Assembly (NCBI GenBank): GCA_041687335.1
Contig: JAWLCE010000020.1
Span: forward strand, 14,202-78,201
Reading direction: 5' to 3'
Length of the DNA: 64,000 nucleotides
From: Sumerlaeia bacterium
GTDB taxonomy: Bacteria; Sumerlaeota; Sumerlaeia; MVZB01
This document shows, in pieces, positions 27,266 through 37,026 of the stretch. Position 1 is the stretch's first letter, and the number at the start of each line of letters is the position of its first letter. The position numbers and the translations under genes are program-made. The notes below the pieces were generated by a model. The model worked only from the letters and a program-made list of their open reading frames with translations. It did no database searches and was not told the DNA's origin.

Positions 27266-30200
27266 GTGTCACCGTCTTCGCCCGAGACGAAATCGCCGGC
27301 CGCCGCGCGCGCAACCATGCTGGCGCTGGCGGTGGTGCTGGTGCTGCTGGTCGTGACGCGGCTGGCGGGGCTGGGCGAGCGGGCGTTTCATCATGACGAG
27401 TCGCTGCACGCATATCATAGCTGGCTGCTGGCGCGCGACGGCCCCGCCGTCTACGCCTACGACCCCATCTATCACGGCCCGTTCCTTTACCACACAGGCG
27501 CGCTGGTATTCCGGCTGCTGCCCGACAGTGACGTCACGGCGCGGCTGCCGTTCGCGCTGGCGGGGATCGGGGTCGTTTTGCTGATTCTGCCCTGGCGGCG
27601 CTGGGTCGGCTGGGGCGGAGTGCTGGCGCTGGCGGCGCTGCTGGCGCTCTCGCCGGTGCTGAATTATTATGCCCGCTTCGCGCGCAATGACATTTACATG
27701 GCGCTATGGATGGTCGGGCAGATCACGGCGGTGGGACTTTACCTGACGCGGCCGCGCGAGCGATACCTGTTTGCGCTGGCGCTGTTTGTCGCGCTGGCCT
27801 ACTGCACCAAGGAAAACTCATACATTCATCATGCACTGCTGGGGGGGTTCCTGGCGGTGTGGCTGGGCTGGCGGGCGCTGGCGGGGCCGCGGCGGCTGGC
27901 GCGGGCGGTGCTGATCAAGTATCTGCCGCTGGCGCGCTTGCTCGTGCTGGTGTTCGCCTTTTTGGGTTGCACGTTTCTATATGTGGCGATGGACAGCCGC
28001 ATCGGGCCCGGGGGGGATCCCTTGGAGGGGCTGCGCGAGCTGGCTGGGCATGTGATTGCGCTGAGCCCCGACCGGGCGGCGCCCGATCCGGCCGCCTTTG
28101 GGTTTTTCACCGCGCCCGGCCGGGAGGAAGCCCGCGCCGGATTTATGATCGCCTGCGCGGCGGGCGTGGGCCTGCTGCTGGCGGGCCTGGAGACGGCTTC
28201 ATTCGGGCGGGCGCGGCGGCGGCGCGGGCGGGCGCTGGCGGCCTTCGCGGCCGGCGCGGCGCTGCTTTACATGATGCTGGCCCATGCCCTGCTGACGCTG
28301 GGGCCGGCGCTGCTGGCGGAGCCCCGGGAGCATTTTGCCGGTGATCTTCGTGAGCAGGTGGTCGGAAGGGCGCTGCTGCTGGCGTTGGGCGCGCTGCTGC
28401 TGGCGCCGGCGGAGTGGCTCGACGAGCCGCTTGGCTGGGCGCGCCGCTGGCGGCGGCGGGCTAAGGGCTGGCTGGCGCTCGTGGCCCAGGTCAGCCTGAT
28501 CCTGCTCGTTGGCGGGCTGCTGTTCTCGTCGCTCGGCACGAATCCGGGGGGGCTGTCGGCGGGCATATATCACTACCTGCATTACTGGTTTCGCCAGCAG
28601 ACGGGCGAGTATCGCATCTGGGGGGTGTGGTGGTATTACCTGCCCCGGCTGGTCCTTTACGAGTTGCCGGCGTTGGTGCTGATCGGGCTGCTCGGGCCGG
28701 CGGTCCTCGCCAGCCGTTGGCGGCGACCGATCCCTCCGCGGCAGGGAGACTGGCGGGGGGTGCCGGGCCCGCTGCTGGGCCTGGCGGGGTGGCTGGCGCT
28801 GACGACGCCGGTGGTCTATGCGCTGCTCAACGAGAAGGTGGGCTGGCTGCTGACCCCGCAGGCGCTCGCGCTGAACCTGCTGGCGGGGCTGCTATTGGCG
28901 GACTGGATGGCGCGCCGGCCCGCACCTGTCCAGCACCCGATGACGCCGCTGCCGGCACTGCTGGGCCTCGCCTGCGGCTTTGCCGCCCTTCAGCATGCGT
29001 GGGCGGTTTTCATTGTTCCGGATGCGCCCTATGAGCCGATCGTCTACACGGGCACGACGCGGGAATACGCTGGCGAAATGAACCGGGTGACGGAGATTGC
29101 CGAGGCGCGCGCGCGGCTGGGCCTGCCGCCGCCGCGCATTTCGATCGAGGGGGAGTCGGTCTGGCCGGCCACGTGGTATCTGCGCCGGCTCGAGGTGCAG
29201 TGGGGGCAGATCGATCCGGCAGCCGACGTAATCATCGCCGACGATAGCGAAAGCAACCGCGCGATCATGGCCGCGCTCGAGAGCCGCGGCCGCGAGCTCC
29301 AACCGGTGCCGCTGCGAGGCTGGTGGTTCTGGCACGGCAACACGGCGGGGCTGCCGGGCGGCGTCAGCCTGATGGACAATCTGGGTGCCTTTCTGATCAA
29401 CCAGTCGAATTTGGCCGGCTTGAGCGGAGAAGTGGAACGTCACGAGGGGTTCGGCACGCAGGTGCTAGCGTTCACGCTGGGCCGACGGATCTGGCATCCG
29501 ACCGCCGCGCAGAACGTGCTGGTGCTGCATCGTGAAACGGGCGGGGAACGGCGAGTCGAGATCGAATCGATTGGCCGGGTTGGGCGGATGGAGGCCACGA
29601 TCGAAATCGAGCGGCCACGCGGGATGATCGTCACGCCCGCGGGTGAGCTGGCCGTCGTGACGGGGGCCGGGCGCGTGGATTTGTTCTCGCCCCAGGGAGT
29701 TCATCGCATGTCGATGGGCGGAGGCCTGCTGGCGACGGCGCTGGGCGGACCGGGCGGGGTGGCCTGCGACGGCGACGGCTGCCTCTATGTCGCCGATACC
29801 TGGGGCCACGCCATCCGCAAGTTCGCGCCGGGAGGTGAACTGCTTGCCTCGAGATTCGCAGGGCTCGATGCGGCGGGGCGCGTCGGGCTGTTCGGCCCGC
29901 GCGGGGTGGCGGTCGGGCCTGACGGCCGCGTTTACATCACCGACACCGGCAACCACGCCGTGCGGGCCTATGACGCGGATTTGCGGCCGCTGGGTTCCTG
30001 GGGCGGGCGCGGCGAGGAGCCGGGCCGCTTCATCGAGCCGGTCGGGATCACGGTGGATGCGGGCGGTCATGTTTATGTGGCCGATGCGGGCAACGGCCGC
30101 ATCCAGCGCTTCGGGCCCGATGGCCGGTTCGATGGCCAGGTGTTTTGGCAGGCCGCGCCGCCGGAGCCATCGGAGGAGGTCGTGGCGCTCGAGCCGGCGC

Positions 30201-30412
30201 TGGCGATGCTGCCTGACGGGCGGCTGGCGTTGTCACTGTCGTTGGCGCGCCAGATTCGCATCATCGACTGGGCGTCCGGACGGCAGCAGTTGATCGTGCT
30301 GGAGGATTCGGATTTTCACGAACCGCAGGGGCTGGCCGCGGACGGCGCCGGCGGGCTGTGGGTCGGCGACCGCGCCGGCGGCCGGGTCGCGCGCTTCAGG
30401 CTGGAGCGATGA
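27266..30412 (+). CDS. TIGR03663-family GT-C membrane protein fused to NHL repeats
   Basis: Diagnostic DE ('FHHDES') and HGP ('YHGPF'), 'ARFARND', 'KEN'; C-terminal NHL repeats (PGGVA..YVADT, PRGVA..YITDTGNH). Confidence 0.85.
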   Translation: MSPSSPETKSPAAARATMLALAVVLVLLVVTRLAGLGERAFHHDESLHAYHSWLLARDGPAVYAYDPIYHGPFLYHTGALVFRLLPDSDVTARLPFALAGIGVVLLILPWRRWVGWGGVLALAALLALSPVLNYYARFARNDIYMALWMVGQITAVGLYLTRPRERYLFALALFVALAYCTKENSYIHHALLGGFLAVWLGWRALAGPRRLARAVLIKYLPLARLLVLVFAFLGCTFLYVAMDSRIGPGGDPLEGLRELAGHVIALSPDRAAPDPAAFGFFTAPGREEARAGFMIACAAGVGLLLAGLETASFGRARRRRGRALAAFAAGAALLYMMLAHALLTLGPALLAEPREHFAGDLREQVVGRALLLALGALLLAPAEWLDEPLGWARRWRRRAKGWLALVAQVSLILLVGGLLFSSLGTNPGGLSAGIYHYLHYWFRQQTGEYRIWGVWWYYLPRLVLYELPALVLIGLLGPAVLASRWRRPIPPRQGDWRGVPGPLLGLAGWLALTTPVVYALLNEKVGWLLTPQALALNLLAGLLLADWMARRPAPVQHPMTPLPALLGLACGFAALQHAWAVFIVPDAPYEPIVYTGTTREYAGEMNRVTEIAEARARLGLPPPRISIEGESVWPATWYLRRLEVQWGQIDPAADVIIADDSESNRAIMAALESRGRELQPVPLRGWWFWHGNTAGLPGGVSLMDNLGAFLINQSNLAGLSGEVERHEGFGTQVLAFTLGRRIWHPTAAQNVLVLHRETGGERRVEIESIGRVGRMEATIEIERPRGMIVTPAGELAVVTGAGRVDLFSPQGVHRMSMGGGLLATALGGPGGVACDGDGCLYVADTWGHAIRKFAPGGELLASRFAGLDAAGRVGLFGPRGVAVGPDGRVYITDTGNHAVRAYDADLRPLGSWGGRGEEPGRFIEPVGITVDAGGHVYVADAGNGRIQRFGPDGRFDGQVFWQAAPPEPSEEVVALEPALAMLPDGRLALSLSLARQIRIIDWASGRQQLIVLEDSDFHEPQGLAADGAGGLWVGDRAGGRVARFRLER

Positions 30413-30413
30413 G

Positions 30414-32648
30414 ATGCAAACCCTATACACCACGCTCGGCCACTGGATAGGACCGCTGCTGATGCCGCAGGCGCTGGCCTGGCTGCTGGCGCTGGCGGCG
30501 CTGGGCTGGGCGGCCTGGCCGCTGGCGCGGCGACTATTCGGCGACGGTCCGGCCGCGTGGGCAGCCGCGCGCCCGCTGGGCCTGATGCTCCTGGTCTGGA
30601 TCGCATGGTGGATCGTCCAGCTGAGCCTGAACATCATCCCGTGGTCGGGGGCGGTGCTTTACGGGGTGCTGGTGCCGGCGCTGGCGCTGTCGGCGCTGTG
30701 GCGGATGAAGCGGACGGGGGGGCGGCCGCGCCGGAGCGAGCGCGCGCGGCGGGCGATCTGGATCAGCGAGGCAATTTTCATCGCAACCTTCGCGCTGGCC
30801 CTGCACCTGCGCATCGCCGGCGGAGACATTGTCGGCCAGGAAAAATTCATGGACCTGGCCTTCCTCGGCACGCTGATCGAGTCGCCGGAGCTACCCCCGC
30901 CCGATCCGTGGGTGCATGCCGGGACGATCAACTACTACTATGGCGGCTACCTGCTGATGAGCGCGATGGCGCGGCTGAGCGGCGCGAGCCCGGAGACGGC
31001 CTATCAACTGGCGCTGGCGCTGGTCTTTGCGCTGGGGGCGCAGCTTGCGTTTGTCATCGGCTGGGAGCTGTGCCGCAGCGTGCGCTGGGGGCTGCTTGCC
31101 GTGGCGGCGGTCATGCTGGCGGGCAACCTGGCGCCGCCGGCGGCGCGGCTGATGGGAGCCGAGTGGACGGAGCTGTCGGCGGCCCGATTTAACTGGGATC
31201 GATATTTCTGGCCGCCCTCGCGGGTGATCATCGATCGTCCGGCCGAGGGTCCGGGCGGCGAGCTGATCACCGAGTTCCCCTTCTTTTCGTTCATGGTAGG
31301 CGACCTGCACCCGCACATCATGGCGCTGCCGTTCGTGCTTCTGCTGCTGATGATGTTCGCGCGCGGCTGGCGGATGAGGAAAAGGCGCATGGGGGGAGGC
31401 TGGCGGATCGTGACAACCGGCTGGATGCTCGGCTGGCTGGCGTTCATCAACGGCTTCGATTTCATCACGATGGCGGGGCTGAGCTTTTTGCTGATCATCG
31501 TGCTGGAGCCGGTCCGGAAGCGGGGGTTGATGGGATCAATGGCGGCAGTGGGGCGGGCCGGGCTGCGCTGGGGGGGCGTGATGGCCATCGCGGGGGCGGC
31601 CTTCCTGCCGTTTCATCTTTCGTATGAGGCGCCGATTGCATGGCCGCCGGTGGGGCTGAGTGATTTCAGGACGGGGGTGGGGTCCTTCCTGGCGGTCTGG
31701 GGGGCGCAACTGGCGGCGGCGATGTTGCTGGTCGGCTGGGGCCTCAGCCGGATGCGTCGGAGCGTCACCGCCGGGGCACTGGTCGTGCTGCTGGCGCTGG
31801 CGCCGGCGGCGGCACTGGCCACGCTGGGCTGGACGTCGGCCGCGCTGGCGGCGCTGCTGTCGGGCGGAGCGCTGGCGGCGCTGATGGCGGGGCGCCTGGG
31901 GCGCGGCGAGCGGCTCGCGCTGGCGCTGGTCTTTTTTGCCGGCCTGATTTTCGTCGGTTGCGAGTTCATTTACCTGCGCGACCAATACGGGCACGCGCTG
32001 CAGCGCATGAACACGGTCTTCAAATTCTATTATCCATGCTGGCTGCTGCTCGGGCTGGCGCTGCCGGTGGCGTGGCGTCGCGCGGCGCGGATCGGGAACC
32101 GGCCACGACGCGCTGTGCTGCTGGCGCTGGTCGCGTTGCCGCTGCTGGCGGCGATGGAGTACCCCGCCGTGCTGGGCTGGCACCGGCTCGGACCGGCCGC
32201 CGGTTCGCGGGCGAACGTCCTGGACGGGCTGGGCTGGCTGCGGCGCGAACATCCGGGGGACTGGGCCGCGATCGAGTGGCTGCGCGGGCATGGGCGCCCG
32301 GGCCAGGTCGTGCTCGAGGCGGTCGGCGGGCCTTACACGCATCACGCAAGGATCGCCACGCACACGCCGCTGCGGGCGGTGCTTGGCTGGCCGAACCATC
32401 AGCACGTCTGGCGCGGCCAATGGCCGGCGCAGGCCGAGGCCGACACACGCGAGATATTCGGCGCCGGCTCAATGGAGGCGATCCTGCCGCTGTTGGAAAA
32501 ATACCGGGTCGATTATGTTTACGTCGGGCGGCTGGAGCGTGAGATGTATCCAGCCGAGGGGCTGGCCAAGTTCGAGGCCGGGCTGCCTGCCGTCTACGTT
32601 GATGCGGAACATCGCACCGTCATTTATCAGGCAGGGCGAACGAGATGA
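30414..32648 (+). CDS. DUF2298 / Chlor_Arch_YYY (TIGR03662) membrane protein
   Basis: 'EKFMDLAFL', 'INYYYGGY', 'ITEFPFFSFMVGDLHPH', 'RMNTVFKFYY', 'LGWPNHQ..WRG'. Confidence 0.9.
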   Translation: MQTLYTTLGHWIGPLLMPQALAWLLALAALGWAAWPLARRLFGDGPAAWAAARPLGLMLLVWIAWWIVQLSLNIIPWSGAVLYGVLVPALALSALWRMKRTGGRPRRSERARRAIWISEAIFIATFALALHLRIAGGDIVGQEKFMDLAFLGTLIESPELPPPDPWVHAGTINYYYGGYLLMSAMARLSGASPETAYQLALALVFALGAQLAFVIGWELCRSVRWGLLAVAAVMLAGNLAPPAARLMGAEWTELSAARFNWDRYFWPPSRVIIDRPAEGPGGELITEFPFFSFMVGDLHPHIMALPFVLLLLMMFARGWRMRKRRMGGGWRIVTTGWMLGWLAFINGFDFITMAGLSFLLIIVLEPVRKRGLMGSMAAVGRAGLRWGGVMAIAGAAFLPFHLSYEAPIAWPPVGLSDFRTGVGSFLAVWGAQLAAAMLLVGWGLSRMRRSVTAGALVVLLALAPAAALATLGWTSAALAALLSGGALAALMAGRLGRGERLALALVFFAGLIFVGCEFIYLRDQYGHALQRMNTVFKFYYPCWLLLGLALPVAWRRAARIGNRPRRAVLLALVALPLLAAMEYPAVLGWHRLGPAAGSRANVLDGLGWLRREHPGDWAAIEWLRGHGRPGQVVLEAVGGPYTHHARIATHTPLRAVLGWPNHQHVWRGQWPAQAEADTREIFGAGSMEAILPLLEKYRVDYVYVGRLEREMYPAEGLAKFEAGLPAVYVDAEHRTVIYQAGRTR

Positions 32649-32661
32649 AAATGAAATTGAG

Positions 32662-35600
32662 TCATGGGTTGTGGGTTATGGGTTGAGGGTTGGGTTGATC
32701 GGTCAGCTCGTAGATCGTGACGCCGGGGTTGGCATAGGCGCGGCGCCAGCAGATCCCCTCGGCCTGCTCGAACTTGCGAAGGCCGGCGGCGTCGTAGCAG
32801 GCGGCTTCCAGTTCCCCGACGATGACGTAGCGGGCGCCGTGGCGCAGCAGGATCGAGCGCGCCTCCCAGGGATCCTCGGTCTCATAGATCCGGGCGAGCT
32901 CGGCGATGCGGCGTTCGACGCCGCTGTCGGGCAGCACGGCACGCTGCTGGCGCTGGTGCCAGTCCCAGCCGACGATCGAGGGCAGGCCGGTATGGTTTGA
33001 AAAACGGTTGCCCCAGCCATAGAGCACCGGCCAGGTGTTGGCCTCGGCGATGACCGGCATGCCGCGCGCCGTCCGTCGCAGCCAGTCGATGGCCTCGGCA
33101 TCCCATTTTGTTTGGATGAGTCGCCCATTGTGATTGAGCGTCGCGTTGGCCATCCAGGCCTCGCCGTCGAGCGTGGGCGGCGCGGTCGGCGCGGGGCGCA
33201 GGCGCAGGCGGGCGGTGGTGGCCGTCAGTGGATAAAGCAGCGAGGCGGCGATGACGGCGATCAGCATCGCCCGCCAGGCGAAGTTCAGGGCGCGGGGTCC
33301 ACGCGGCCCATGCGCCACAGCAGCCCCCACGCCGATGGCCAGCAGCACCCATGACTGGAAATAGAATTTAAAGACGGTGTTCATGCGGGCGATGTCGCCT
33401 TGCAGCACGACCAGCTCGACGGCCAGTTGCAAGGCCAGGGCGATCGCGACGAGGAGCAGCCCAAGCCGCCAGCCGATGGAGCGGGGGCGCGCCAGCAGCG
33501 CCAGCCCGACGGCGGCCAGCAGGGCCAGCACCAAGGCGGCGGTCGCCAGACCAAAGGCAGCCAGCGCGCCGGCGGCCAGGGCTGCCATTGCCGCGATTGG
33601 CCAGGCGTGGCGCGGCCGGCGCCGCCATAAAGTCGCGCACGCGGCGGCCAGCGCCGGCAGCAGCATCGCGCCAAAGACGAGCAGATACTCGGCCGGCGGG
33701 GTGCGCGAGCCCGCCCACCACTCGATCGAGGTGTAGCCCTTGCCGTAGGTCTCGCGGAAGGGCAGGAAGGCGAGGACGCCCAGGCCGATGATCAGGCCCG
33801 CGGCGAGCGCTGCGCGCAGGGCGCGCTCGGGCGGGGGGCGGCGGCGGTGACGCAGCCAGAGGCCGCCGAGCAACAGGGCTGAATATATCGGATAGTCCCA
33901 GGCATTGGCCGGCCACAGGGACCCCAGCGCCAGCGCCAGCAGCAGGCCCAGGCCCATGGTCGCGGGGCGGTCGCGGCGCGCGCGGGCCGCCAGCTCGATC
34001 ACAAGTCCAAGCACGAGAAGGGCCAGCGGGAGCGCCAGCGCGTGCGGGTGCAGGTCGGCGAAGAGGTAGGTGAAGAAGGGGAATTCGGTGATCGGGCCGG
34101 CTTCGGTGGGCGGATGGCTGATGGCGCGCGTGGCGTCCCAGAACCAGGCCTCGGGGCGGCCGGGGCTCGACCACTGGGCCCACAGCACGCGCCACTGGAC
34201 GAGATTCCCGGCCAGCGCCGCCAGCAGGATCGCCAGCAGGGCGCCGCCGATGGCGCGGCGGCCGATGCCTGCCCCGGCTCGCCGCGTGACGCCGAGCGCG
34301 GCGCTGAAGCCGGCGGCCACGACCATCGCCCACAACGTGGCGATCGACAAATTGTAGCCCACGGCCGGCGTCACGCCCGTCAACCCGATCGCCGCCGCCA
34401 CAGGGACGTAGCCGAAATAGTAATAGTTGATGATGCTGCCGGCGAACCAGGGGTTGTGCGGCGGGAATCCCGCGCTGCGCACGGTCGCGTTCAGGTAGGC
34501 AAGGTCCATCGGCTTTTCGCCGCCCAGCTGCGGATGCCAGAGATCGGGATTGAGCCAGCGCACGAGCAGCATCGCGGCGAAGGCGGCCCAGAAGAGCGCC
34601 TCGCCGATAAGAAGCGGCTTCCAGCGGCGGCGGAGGAAGCGGCCGATCGCGCGAGCCTGGATGCCTGCGAGCAGCGCGCCGCCCGCCAGCCAGGCCGCCG
34701 CGAGAGCGAGAAGGGTTGCGCGGTCGAATGGGAGAAAGTCGAGGCTCACCGCCAGCCAGGCCGCCCACGCGACCACCAGCCAGCCCGCCGGGCGGGCCAG
34801 CCCCCAGCCGCGATCGGGCAGCCAGCCGGTGACGGCAAACAGGTAAGGCCAGCCGGCGATACCCAACAGCGCAAGCAGGCTGATCCAGACCAGCACCGGA
34901 TGGCGGCGGGCGAAGCCGTCGGCGGGGAAGAGCTCGTCCCAGGTTGGCAGGGCGGACTCGCAGGCGCGGCGCTCCGGGCTCAGCCAAAGGCCATTGGGGG
35001 CGCGGGTCGCCTGGCGCGGCGTCAGTTGCTGGATACGCTCCCAGGCCACGTCGCCGAGCAAGGCGCGCGCGCGGGCGATATCGAAGGCCGGGGTCTTGCG
35101 GAAGATGCGCACGCGCGGGTGATCATAGACGGTGAAGGCTTCCTCGGCGGACTGGTCGGGGAACGACAGGCGGCCGAGCCCGGGGTAGGATGTGAACTCG
35201 GCGGCCGGCTCAAAGCCCAGCTCACCCGAAAAGAGGGCCTCGTAATAGCGCAGGGTCATCGGGTAGCGCATCGGCAGCCGCGCAATGGAATCGCTGAGCC
35301 GATTGCTGCTCAGCACGATCACGTCGGCCTGGTCGAGCCAATCGAGGGCCTGCTCGAGTTTTTCGGGCGTGTCCTCGCCATACCACTGCATCTCGACCGC
35401 GTTGTAGCGGCCGCCGAAGGGGTCCTGTCCGTCCACGCGCAAGGGCAGCGAGTCGTCCCAATGTTCGTTGGCGATCGCGGCGCCCTCGGGGATGTTTTGG
35501 AGCAGCCAACGGCTGGCACTGACGCGGCTGTGCGGCTCGCGGTAGATGCGCGTGAAGGCGACGGCCCACAGCAGGCTGCCGCCTGCGACCGCGATGATCA

Positions 35601-37026
35601 ATGTGGCCGCAGCCAACCGCCGCGCGCGCTGGCGGCGGGTGGCGTCCCACAACGCCACGAGCCCCCACGCCGCGAGCACGACGAGCGCCGGGTAGATCGG
35701 CAACTGATAGCGCATCGCCTTGACCCACTGGCCGCCCTGCCAGGCGAACTGGATCAGCACCCAGCAGACGGGGATGAGGTGGGCCGCCCGCCCGCGCCGC
35801 AGCCAGGCCCAGGCCGCGCCGAGCCAGCCGGCCCAAGCGGCCAGACCCAGCAGCGGGCCCATCCCCCACAGCACCATGTTTTTCCACGGAAACCAGAACG
35901 GGGTTCGGTCGGTCCACTGGTGGCCGGGGGGGAAATCGACCGCGCCGCTGGCGAGACGGCTCGCCTCGGCGAGGTTGTTCAGCCAGCGGCCAGCGGGCGC
36001 GATCCAGCCGGCGAAGGCATCGGGCGCCGCGAGGCGGAAGACGAGGGCCGAGGCCAGGCCGCAGGCGACGAGCTTGCCGAAGGATGAGAGCCAGGCGTAA
36101 GGATCGCCCCGGCGCCGCCCAAGCGCGCCGCGCCAGAGCGCCACGGCGACGGCCAGCGGCACGAAGCCGGCGACCGAGAGCTTGCCGGCCATGGCGAGAC
36201 CGAACAGCGCGCCGGCAGCGGCATAGTCGCGCGTCCGGCCGCGCCGCTGGGCCTGGACCAACATCACGAGGGCGGCGGTGATCCAGAACGTGGCCCAGGA
36301 ATCGGTGACGAAGAAATGGGCATGCTGGATCGGCAGCACGGCGAGGGCCATCAGCACGGCCGCCAGCAGCGCCGTCCGCTCGTCGCGATAAAGCGCGCGG
36401 GCCAGCAGGAAAACCATGACGATGAGCAAGGTCTCGAGCACGCCGCTGGCGCGCCGGCCGGTCAGGTGGATCCGGTCGTAGCCGTCGGTGCCGCTCAGAC
36501 GGCCGACCAGCTTGACCGCCGCCACCGGCGCCACGCCGTAGACGAAAAATCCGTGGCCGCGATTGCGCGGGTTGAGCGGCGACGCCGACTCGTCGAAATA
36601 CTCAGACAGGTTTGATGGCCAATCGAGGCCCTCGGCGACCATCGTCAGGAAACGCTCGTCGGGATGGAGGTGCTGGCCCTCATCCCAGTCGGTGCCGGCC
36701 AGCCGCAGCCAGCCGCCCAGGGCGACGGCACCGATCAGGACCAGCGCCAGCACGGGCCGGGGCAGCCGGAGGGTTTCATCATGCCAGCCGTGCGGAGGGG
36801 CAGCGGGCAGTCGCAGGGCGGTGGCGGGCTTTTTGGGTTCGCCGAGCAGCAGGGCGGCCGCTGCCAGCGCCGACGCGCCATAGGCCCCAAGGAGGAACCC
36901 AAAGCCGCCATCCCATGGCCTTGCCAGCCCAAGCATAGTGACCGCAGCCGCCGTTGCCGTCAGCGCGAACGCCAACTGGAACCCTGGCCGGCGAGGCGAC
37001 CATCGATCGGGAGCGCAGCGGCTCAT
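32662..37026 (-). CDS. 1454-aa fusion of a PMT/GT39-like GT-C domain and a DUF2298/YYY domain
   Basis: N-half 'HLHPDERF', 'IQHAHFFVTD', 'GKLS'; C-half 'GGEKPMDLAYLNA', 'INYYYFGY', 'ITEFPFFTYLFADLHPH', 'MNTVFKFY'. Confidence 0.88.
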   Translation of the reverse strand: MSRCAPDRWSPRRPGFQLAFALTATAAAVTMLGLARPWDGGFGFLLGAYGASALAAAALLLGEPKKPATALRLPAAPPHGWHDETLRLPRPVLALVLIGAVALGGWLRLAGTDWDEGQHLHPDERFLTMVAEGLDWPSNLSEYFDESASPLNPRNRGHGFFVYGVAPVAAVKLVGRLSGTDGYDRIHLTGRRASGVLETLLIVMVFLLARALYRDERTALLAAVLMALAVLPIQHAHFFVTDSWATFWITAALVMLVQAQRRGRTRDYAAAGALFGLAMAGKLSVAGFVPLAVAVALWRGALGRRRGDPYAWLSSFGKLVACGLASALVFRLAAPDAFAGWIAPAGRWLNNLAEASRLASGAVDFPPGHQWTDRTPFWFPWKNMVLWGMGPLLGLAAWAGWLGAAWAWLRRGRAAHLIPVCWVLIQFAWQGGQWVKAMRYQLPIYPALVVLAAWGLVALWDATRRQRARRLAAATLIIAVAGGSLLWAVAFTRIYREPHSRVSASRWLLQNIPEGAAIANEHWDDSLPLRVDGQDPFGGRYNAVEMQWYGEDTPEKLEQALDWLDQADVIVLSSNRLSDSIARLPMRYPMTLRYYEALFSGELGFEPAAEFTSYPGLGRLSFPDQSAEEAFTVYDHPRVRIFRKTPAFDIARARALLGDVAWERIQQLTPRQATRAPNGLWLSPERRACESALPTWDELFPADGFARRHPVLVWISLLALLGIAGWPYLFAVTGWLPDRGWGLARPAGWLVVAWAAWLAVSLDFLPFDRATLLALAAAWLAGGALLAGIQARAIGRFLRRRWKPLLIGEALFWAAFAAMLLVRWLNPDLWHPQLGGEKPMDLAYLNATVRSAGFPPHNPWFAGSIINYYYFGYVPVAAAIGLTGVTPAVGYNLSIATLWAMVVAAGFSAALGVTRRAGAGIGRRAIGGALLAILLAALAGNLVQWRVLWAQWSSPGRPEAWFWDATRAISHPPTEAGPITEFPFFTYLFADLHPHALALPLALLVLGLVIELAARARRDRPATMGLGLLLALALGSLWPANAWDYPIYSALLLGGLWLRHRRRPPPERALRAALAAGLIIGLGVLAFLPFRETYGKGYTSIEWWAGSRTPPAEYLLVFGAMLLPALAAACATLWRRRPRHAWPIAAMAALAAGALAAFGLATAALVLALLAAVGLALLARPRSIGWRLGLLLVAIALALQLAVELVVLQGDIARMNTVFKFYFQSWVLLAIGVGAAVAHGPRGPRALNFAWRAMLIAVIAASLLYPLTATTARLRLRPAPTAPPTLDGEAWMANATLNHNGRLIQTKWDAEAIDWLRRTARGMPVIAEANTWPVLYGWGNRFSNHTGLPSIVGWDWHQRQQRAVLPDSGVERRIAELARIYETEDPWEARSILLRHGARYVIVGELEAACYDAAGLRKFEQAEGICWRRAYANPGVTIYELTDQPNPQPITHNP

